The notes below the pieces were generated by a model that searched no databases, was not told where the DNA came from, and worked only from the letters and a program-made list of their open reading frames with translations. The translations under genes were made by a program, and so were the position numbers. A DNA stretch of 64,000 nt from an uncultured delta proteobacterium (GTDB lineage Bacteria > Myxococcota_A > Polyangia > Polyangiales > Houyiibacteriaceae): contig CAVOVB010000002.1 in NCBI GenBank assembly GCA_963699755.1, forward strand, positions 480,001 to 544,000, read 5' to 3'. Below are positions 57,215-64,000 of this stretch, piece after piece; the first letter of the stretch is position 1, and every line of letters begins with the position of its first letter.

Positions 57215-58143
57215 GCAAACAGACTAGCACCGGACGTCGAAGGCAGTGAGGAAAGTGCAAGTAGGGTTAAGGTAATCCAGGTCGCATCGGCCAACAGGAG
57301 ATGCACGAGCTGCAAGGGCACCGGCGCGAGAAGCGCCACGTTGAGCAGACCCACTGCTATTTGGATCAGGACCAGCCCGCCCAGGCCGAGCGCGAGCTTT
57401 GGGGTTGGCCGATCGGGCTGTCGTCGGAGCAGGTCGGCGGCGAGCCAGATCAGATAGCCGGAACCAAATACCGCGATCACCGGATGCCAAAGGCGGAGGC
57501 GTAAGAAGACGTGAGCGGTCGGCGAGAAGTCCTCGCGGAGACCGTCGGTCAGATTGGATGCCGGAAACAAGGTGTCGCCGAGCGCAGCGATGGCGCCGCT
57601 GATGCCCACGAGCAGGACGAAGGCGGCGGCACCACCAAGAAGCAGGCGAGACCGCCTGTCGCGCGGAAATCGGGCGCCTCCTGGGTGCCTGGCGCTGTAG
57701 GCCATCCAAGTCAGGGCCGAGAGGAGGAGGAAGGTGTTGATCAGGTGAGCCGCCATCCAGGCCGCCCGCGCCGTGGATGGGTTGTCTGCCACCATGCGAA
57801 AGAGAACGAGGCCCGCCCCGACCAGCGCCTCAGTCGTCATGAAGAACAGGCTCCAGCCTGCCGCAGAACGGGTCGCATGGCCGCGATCGAACACTCGCAG
57901 TGCAATGGCCCACATCACGAAGGTCCAAATCCAGCACAGAGCGGACGTCACGCGGTGTGTAAGCTCGACCATCGTCTTGAGCGACGGGTCGACCGGAATC
58001 GCTACACCGTTGCATAGAGGCCAATGATCGCCGCAGCCATCACCAGCGAGAGTCGCGCGCACGTATGCGCCCCAAAGCACGACCGCGAGGGTGTAGGAAA
58101 GGAGCGCCGAGGCGCCGACGGCGAAGCGATTGGAGGACCGCAC
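57211..58143 (-). CDS. ctaA: Heme A synthase (COX15/CtaA)
   Basis: GDGCGDHWPLCNG, ELTHR, His ligands in TMs, LQLVHLLLA. Confidence 0.9.
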
Positions 58144-58164
58144 CGCGCAACGATGGAGTCGAAC

Positions 58165-58758
58165 TCAGCTCTCGTCAACGATGGCAAATTGAAGGACGTG
58201 CTCGTCGCCGTCGCGCCGATAGTCGACTACGAGAGTCGAGGCGGTTCGAAGCTCTTCCCAAACCGCGATCGCTTGCTCCGGCCGCTCGATGGGCTTGCCG
58301 TTGATCCGGGTTACGGTGTCGCCGGGACGAAGATCGAGCGACGCGAAGGCCGGCTCACCAGGAAACAGGCTCACGATGCGAAATCCGACGAACGCACCCT
58401 TGTGAAACGTCGGCTCGGTCTCAACATTCTGGAGGAAGCGACCGAGTCCTTCGTTGAGTACCGGGAGGAGCTCGGCCCGCGCGATCACGCCCCGGGACAC
58501 CCTTTCGTACGGCTCATCGAGATGACTCTCAGGCTTCCGCTCTTCGGCCACGTCCTTGGCGGGCACTTCGGCTTCGGATGGCTCTTTCGCCTTCCCCAAC
58601 TCGCCGTCGGGCTCCTCGATCACTTCCCAGTCGTCCTCGCCCTCTGAGGTCTCCCATGTGGAGTCCTCCAACATGTCTCTTTGGAGCTTCGTCGTTTCGC
58701 AAGCGATCATGCTCGTGACCAGAATTGCAGCGAACACCAGATTCAGGTAGCGACTCAT
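58165..58758 (-). CDS. PDZ-domain lipoprotein (GspC-PDZ-like)
   Basis: Lipobox MIAC; FVGFRI, LDLRPGDTVTRING, VDYRRDG. ATGA overlap with tmk. Confidence 0.8.
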   Translation of the reverse strand: MSRYLNLVFAAILVTSMIACETTKLQRDMLEDSTWETSEGEDDWEVIEEPDGELGKAKEPSEAEVPAKDVAEERKPESHLDEPYERVSRGVIARAELLPVLNEGLGRFLQNVETEPTFHKGAFVGFRIVSLFPGEPAFASLDLRPGDTVTRINGKPIERPEQAIAVWEELRTASTLVVDYRRDGDEHVLQFAIVDES

Positions 58759-59408
58759 ACCGTTTCTCCTCGGAGCGCCATGACCTCCGACCAAATCGCC
58801 GCGGCCACTGCTTCGATGCCAGCATTCGCATCGATGTGTCGAATGGTATCATTTGGGAAGAGTTCGTCGATTTTCCTGTAGAACTCGGCGAGCTCGGCCT
58901 GCATCTCGTCGACCTCGTAGAGCTCCGGACCGCCCGATCGCATATCGCGACGGCTTGCCGCCCCCTTTGGGTCGACGTCGAGCACGAGGGTCAGGTCGGG
59001 GCGCCTGGCGTGCCGATTGAGCTCCCGTACCCAAGTGGAAGTGTCTTCACCACCGCCGCCACTCAGCGTTTGATACGCGACAGAGGAGTGATCATAGCGA
59101 TCGCAGATGACCGTGACGCCATCCATGAGGTTTGGAACCACCTCGGCTTCGAGATGGTCGAGCCGGTCGGCTGCGAACAAGGTCGCCATCGTCGCCCAGT
59201 TGAATGGGCGGGTGCCGTGACGACCTGCGACGACCAGCCTCCCGGTCAGGACCTGCCGAATCATGACGCCAACCGGACCGTCGCTGGGCTCACGGGTCGT
59301 ATGCACGGGAAGGCCCTTTTCGGTGAGGCGGTCGGCGAGGATCGAGCACTGGGTCGTCGTACCCGAACCGTCGATGCCTTCGATCACGATGAACTGGCCT
59401 TCGATCAC
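58755..59408 (-). CDS. tmk: Thymidylate kinase
   Basis: FIVIEGIDGSGTTTQ, TREPS, LFAADR, ICDRY..SSVAYQ, PDLTLVLDV. Confidence 0.95.
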   Translation of the reverse strand: MIEGQFIVIEGIDGSGTTTQCSILADRLTEKGLPVHTTREPSDGPVGVMIRQVLTGRLVVAGRHGTRPFNWATMATLFAADRLDHLEAEVVPNLMDGVTVICDRYDHSSVAYQTLSGGGGEDTSTWVRELNRHARRPDLTLVLDVDPKGAASRRDMRSGGPELYEVDEMQAELAEFYRKIDELFPNDTIRHIDANAGIEAVAAAIWSEVMALRGETV

Positions 59409-61279
59409 GAGCCCTCCTTTGGGCTTCCGAACTTGAAAGTGGCTCCAAATTGCCCGTAGACCAGCGAGTCCGGATGGCCACCGCCGAAGATGTCGCCGAG
59501 AACGCGGCGGCGCTGGCCGGCGACGATGCCCTCTACTTCAATCCAGACGTTCCACTTCTTCGTCACCACGATTTCGAGCGAGCCGCCGAGTCTGGCGCGC
59601 ACGACGTTCTGGCGGGAGCTTGTCTCATACATGTTGCTATTGCCACCGGCGAAATCCCAGCGGTCACTGTTGAAGTCCCCTGCGATCCAAACCGAGAACG
59701 CGCCGCGTGGTGGGAAGTGCACGCTGAAAATGGCATCGAGGGTGATGAAGAAATTATTGGTCGGATGTTTTCCGAGCAGGTCGCGACGTGAGGGGCCCAC
59801 GCCGCCACCGATCTGGAGCTCTCCGCCGATCGAGAAGTTCCGGGACAGCCGCCAGCCGGCCTTGGTGCTGAGCGTGAAATCGGTCAGGCGCCCAAACGTT
59901 TGTACGTAGAGGCCGACGTCGAGGAACTTCGTGAGCCCGGCGCGCAATCCGACCGAAGCCAGCCAAGGCCAGCCTGTCGAGAAGTCGAGTGTTGCAACGC
60001 CCGGAGGAGCAGGTGCGCCCGCATGCGTCACCGTGTTGCGCATGGGATCGTTTCGCTCGGCCTCTTTGTCGCGCGACCCGGACTCGACCGGGGCGGCCGA
60101 CGTCGTTAGAATCACTTGAAGCAGTCGGACGCGCTGAGACTTCTCGAGCCGAATCTGCTCCACGTGATTGTCGCGGCCCTCCGCTCGCACTTCCAGTTGA
60201 TGGACGCCAGCGGGCAAATCGCCTTCCCAGGGGAGTGATCCGAGCAGCTCGCCATCGACGTAGAGTTGTGCGTTCGGCACGTTGGCCTCGACTCGGACCG
60301 GGACCCCGAGCGCGTTGAGCTCGGCATAGACCTCACAGTTCCGACCAGGCCCCACCGAGCAAGTGCGACGCACATCACGATACCCGGGTGCGCGGACGAC
60401 CACGGAATGGGTGCCGAGCTCGGCAGGCTCGATGGTAATCGGTGGGCTTCCGTACTCGGCTCCGTCGATAGTGACCGTCGCGTCTGGAACGCTGGCTCGA
60501 ACGACGATGCGCGGAATGTCCGTGCTCGCTGTCGTGAACCTCAGTGACACGACTCGCTCGCGCCCAGCGATCACCGTTACGTTTTGCGTGACCGTCTCGT
60601 AACCGCTTGCCTGGGCGGTGACCAGATGCTGGCCGGGTGAGAGCCCGCCCTTTGCAGCGGGGGCTACACCGATCGCAACACCGTCGAGACTGATAATCGC
60701 GCCGGGCACGTTGGCGATGACGCGAAGGCTCCCCAGGTCCGGAGCAAGCCGAATGGTTGCCTCCACGGTCGTTCGCTCGTCGGCCTTGATCATGACAGCC
60801 TCGGAAAAGGGTTGATAGCCCTCCCCTGGGCTCTTGATTTCGACGATGTGCTCGCCTTCTGTAAGGCCATCGACCACCAGAGGCGTTCCGCCTCTCTGTT
60901 GTCCGTCGATGAACACCGCCAACCCCGTTACGTCGGCGGTGACCAGGAGCGAGCCGGTCTTTGCTACTTGCGGCTGGAGCGCGATGGGAATGGTCATCAC
61001 TTGACCGGCGACCAGGTCCACCCATTTCGAAAAAGTATTGAAACCCCGCTTCCCCACCTGCACGAGGTGCCGGCCGGGAGTCAAGGTCTTGCGCAAGGGC
61101 ACGTTGCCCGATGGCTTGCCATCGATGCGAATGGCCGCCCCGGCGGTGACGTCATCGCTCGCCGTGATCACGATGACGCCCGGCGACTCCTGCTGCGCGG
61201 ATGCTCCGGACGAGACGACCAGCAATCCAAGCACGAATACGAGCCGCACGAACCCCTCAACGCCAAGCAACCCTCGCAT
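59405..61279 (-). CDS. PEGA-repeat protein with probable C-terminal outer-membrane beta-barrel
   Basis: Signal peptide, about five PEGA-like repeats (GA.I.IDG...G..P....L..G.H.V.V...G[YF]), amphipathic beta C-terminus ending GATFKF. Confidence 0.82.
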   Translation of the reverse strand: MRGLLGVEGFVRLVFVLGLLVVSSGASAQQESPGVIVITASDDVTAGAAIRIDGKPSGNVPLRKTLTPGRHLVQVGKRGFNTFSKWVDLVAGQVMTIPIALQPQVAKTGSLLVTADVTGLAVFIDGQQRGGTPLVVDGLTEGEHIVEIKSPGEGYQPFSEAVMIKADERTTVEATIRLAPDLGSLRVIANVPGAIISLDGVAIGVAPAAKGGLSPGQHLVTAQASGYETVTQNVTVIAGRERVVSLRFTTASTDIPRIVVRASVPDATVTIDGAEYGSPPITIEPAELGTHSVVVRAPGYRDVRRTCSVGPGRNCEVYAELNALGVPVRVEANVPNAQLYVDGELLGSLPWEGDLPAGVHQLEVRAEGRDNHVEQIRLEKSQRVRLLQVILTTSAAPVESGSRDKEAERNDPMRNTVTHAGAPAPPGVATLDFSTGWPWLASVGLRAGLTKFLDVGLYVQTFGRLTDFTLSTKAGWRLSRNFSIGGELQIGGGVGPSRRDLLGKHPTNNFFITLDAIFSVHFPPRGAFSVWIAGDFNSDRWDFAGGNSNMYETSSRQNVVRARLGGSLEIVVTKKWNVWIEVEGIVAGQRRRVLGDIFGGGHPDSLVYGQFGATFKFGSPKEGS

Positions 61280-61418
61280 AACCCCTCGGACGCAGCGGAA
61301 TAGGGTCGATTCATCGATGACCCAAGCGCCCCGGATCTGTTTACCCCCAGCTTCGGGGTCGGCCCAATAAATGACGGCGACGCCTCCGGTGAGGCGAGAA
61401 TTTTCAAACGCGACCGGT

Positions 61419-63821
61419 CTAGGGAGCAATGAATAGACTCTCGAAGGGATCGAGTGCCTCGGGATCGGGGATCTCGGGGGCTCCGAGCGGAGGAAGCGAT
61501 CGAGCCCCTTGCGGCGGGTCTCCGTCGCGACGAAACCGGAAATCCTCGAGCTCAGCCAGCCCGTACGCGAGCGCCTCCGGCCCGATGCGCTCACGCTTTG
61601 CCATGTGCTCGAGCAAGCGCCGCATCTTGCTCTTCATCGAGCGGGTCAACATGCCGCGCTCGTATGAGAGGTGGTAGCGTTTCGGCGACGGGAGCATGCA
61701 AGCCAGGAAAGCGGACTCCGCTGGGCTGAGGTCGAGGGGTTCTCGGCCGAAGTAGTACGCCGCGGCGTTCCTGATCCCGTACACAGTTGGACCATATTCG
61801 ATGACGTTGAGATAGAGCTCCAAGATCTCGTCCTTATTCAAGGCGTTCTCGAGCCACCAGGTGAGAATGACTTCCTGAGCTTTGCGGGCGATCGTCTTCT
61901 CTCGTTGCAAGTAGAGGTTCTTGGCGAGCTGCATCGAAATCGTGCTTGCGCCCACGACGTAGCGGCCCTCTTGCAGATTGCGCACCAGCGCATCGCGAAT
62001 CGCCCAGGGCGCGAAGCCACCGTGCTCGTAGAAAGCGCCGTCTTCGTGACTGATCGCCGCCGCAGTCATGAATGGGCTGATATCTGCGAACGCTACCCAG
62101 TTCGGAGTTCCCGGGCCGGTTCGCATCTCGAATATCGTCTCGTCGGGTTCGATCGCACGATGACGGAACGGCCGTTGGAAGCGCTCGATGCGAACCCATC
62201 TGGGCATTCGCTCGAACTTGCAAAGGTTGCGTACGCGAATCGACAACTCCGTAGCATCGAGCTCGCGCGAGTCGAGCGAGATCCGAGCCAGCGCACTCCA
62301 ACTTCCGGACCATTCGAAGCTGGCGAGTGACCCAAGAACGTCCTCGGGGATGGCCCCGATAACATCATTGCAGGGGGTGGGTGGAAGCTTCGCGCTGAGG
62401 TCGATTCGGTAATACTCCCTAGTGCGCTCGAGCTCGCCGTCCATGAGCACCCGCACCTTGCCTGTTCTGAGCTCCCCCCGCTCGATTTGAAGAAGCCGCT
62501 CGCCAGGGAACCAGACGCCCTTCCCCGCCAAATCGATGTTGATGTTCTCGACCGGCTCCGCTGCGATACGCTCGGACGCCAAGGCAAGCTCGCGCAGCCG
62601 CAGGCTTCCTTCGATACTGATCTGATCGCGGGAGCTGGCGGCCAGCTCGAGCTCGGCGCTGATGGTGCCGACCTCCGTGTTGTATAGCGGAAGCTCGGGG
62701 ACAAAAGGCGCGATGAGGGAGAGTGAAATTCGGCGAAGCCCGAGCCGTCCGTCCGCGCGTGCTTCGCTTGGCATGAGGCTGAGATCGACTTCCAAGGCGC
62801 CCTCGTTGGAGGTTTGGCCCCCGCCCACAGCGCGATACCAACCGTCGTCGCTGCCGTTCAACGCCAGTCTGAAGTCGCTGATGCGCTCGACGTGACCCGC
62901 GGACGTCCTGCTTTCGATCTGCACCCCCGAAACGGCCACGTTCGCATCCGGTGTCAAGCGCGCAAGCAGGCGCGCGGGGACCGGAGGGCCAGACCGGCGA
63001 GGCAGGCGCAGGGCCTCCGTTCCAGTGGTCTCGGTCTCAGCCTCGGCACCGGCCCCGATTTCTCTTTGCGTTCCGCGCAGGCGATCAAACGCGTTGCGCA
63101 GCCGTGTTGCCAAGGCTCTTTGGTCCCCATCGCTATTTCTCAATGAACGAACGGAGGCGCCTTCGATCTCCAGCTCCCGGATTCTCCAGGCGCCCTGGCT
63201 GCGTCGAAGCGCGAGCTTCGATGGCCCAATGCGCGCATGGTCCGCACCCTGCTCGCCGAGCAGCGACTCGCCGACGCTCCCTTCAAATTCGTCACCCTCC
63301 TTGTGCAAGCTGACATCGTCCATCGAGATGAGCTTTCCATCGGCATCGAGAACACCAACCGTCAAATCATGGACGGTGTACGTCCGTCCCTTTCCCGTCG
63401 CGTTCGTGGACTCCGGGGCGGACGCCGTGCGGGGTTTCTTTCTCCGCAGCTGCGCGATCGAGTCATCGAACCCTCCGTGACCGAGATCGACAGTCGCTTC
63501 GACGCCATGCACCGACACGGAGCGTACGGACTTCGGACCGTTCAAGAGGGCTCCAAGCAAATTCATCGTTGCGTCGATTCGATCGATGCGTGCAGCGAAT
63601 CCGCCGTGGCGGCCGCGCAGCTCGACGCCGCGCAACTCGATTCCGGTGAACGAAAGATATGCCTTTTCGACTTGCGCGTCCACACCGAGACGCTCACCGA
63701 TGACGCCCGAGGCATGCGCCGTCACCCTGGGCATTCCCCACTGCCACAGGCCGATGGCCAGCAGGATGACGCCGAGGGCCGCGACCACCCAAACGCGTCG
63801 CTCGCTGAGGAACCGCAGCAT
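61419..63821 (-). CDS. Large monofunctional peptidoglycan transglycosylase (GT51) with long N-terminal extension
   Basis: N-terminal TM; EDGAFYEHGG, GASTISMQLAKNLYL, RKAQE, LELYLNVIEYG; no transpeptidase domain. Confidence 0.87.
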   Translation of the reverse strand: MLRFLSERRVWVVAALGVILLAIGLWQWGMPRVTAHASGVIGERLGVDAQVEKAYLSFTGIELRGVELRGRHGGFAARIDRIDATMNLLGALLNGPKSVRSVSVHGVEATVDLGHGGFDDSIAQLRRKKPRTASAPESTNATGKGRTYTVHDLTVGVLDADGKLISMDDVSLHKEGDEFEGSVGESLLGEQGADHARIGPSKLALRRSQGAWRIRELEIEGASVRSLRNSDGDQRALATRLRNAFDRLRGTQREIGAGAEAETETTGTEALRLPRRSGPPVPARLLARLTPDANVAVSGVQIESRTSAGHVERISDFRLALNGSDDGWYRAVGGGQTSNEGALEVDLSLMPSEARADGRLGLRRISLSLIAPFVPELPLYNTEVGTISAELELAASSRDQISIEGSLRLRELALASERIAAEPVENINIDLAGKGVWFPGERLLQIERGELRTGKVRVLMDGELERTREYYRIDLSAKLPPTPCNDVIGAIPEDVLGSLASFEWSGSWSALARISLDSRELDATELSIRVRNLCKFERMPRWVRIERFQRPFRHRAIEPDETIFEMRTGPGTPNWVAFADISPFMTAAAISHEDGAFYEHGGFAPWAIRDALVRNLQEGRYVVGASTISMQLAKNLYLQREKTIARKAQEVILTWWLENALNKDEILELYLNVIEYGPTVYGIRNAAAYYFGREPLDLSPAESAFLACMLPSPKRYHLSYERGMLTRSMKSKMRRLLEHMAKRERIGPEALAYGLAELEDFRFRRDGDPPQGARSLPPLGAPEIPDPEALDPFESLFIAP

Positions 63822-63856
63822 CGAAACCGGATTATGCCGTGTCCAAAACCTGAAGC

Positions 63857-64000
63857 CTAATAAAGCTTTCGGCTGTCGATTTGGATGGTTACCGGTCCGT
63901 CCACCATGGATTGAACGAGCATCATGGCACGGAAGGTACCGGTTTGGACCGGCAAGCCCTTGCCGCGCAGGCGCTCGACGACCTCCAAGTAGAGACGTTC
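63857..64000 (-). CDS. dtd: D-aminoacyl-tRNA deacylase, 3' end (runs off the window)
   Basis: Translates to ...[31 protein letters not shown], matching the Dtd C-terminal TGxFxAxM...DGPVT. Confidence 0.85.
   Translation of the reverse strand, partial: ERLYLEVVERLRGKGLPVQTGTFRAMMLVQSMVDGPVTIQIDSRKLY

Overview
GC-rich, gene-dense chromosomal window. The gene content (MXAN_5187-type protein, Hanks-type Ser/Thr kinases, PEGA and TSP3-OmpA proteins) points to a Myxococcota/Polyangia-like bacterium; this is an inference. It is mostly core and lipid/heme metabolism: tRNA-Leu(CAA), fabH, a probable 6S RNA, cls, an MscS/MscK channel, glgX-malQ-glgP, def-fmt, priA, tsaD, aroC, pgm, bfd-bfr, bioB, ctaA/ctaB/SCO, tmk and dtd. 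I saw no integrase, transposase, prophage or CRISPR array. Most notable observations: (1) a kstD-like steroid dehydrogenase plus an F420-dependent Ddn-type gene under a perfect actinobacterial KstR-type operator (TAGAACATGTTCTA); (2) a serine-palmitoyltransferase-like gene divergent from a dedicated ACP (possible sphingolipid locus); (3) a recurring -10-like hexamer 6-8 nt before start codons, suggesting widespread leaderless mRNAs; (4) a sharp C/G skew flip at the ddn/priA convergent overlap; (5) two multiheme c-type cytochrome-TPR lipoproteins; (6) a Ser/Thr kinase between ctaA and ctaB. All calls come from motif recognition by eye; no database searches were run.
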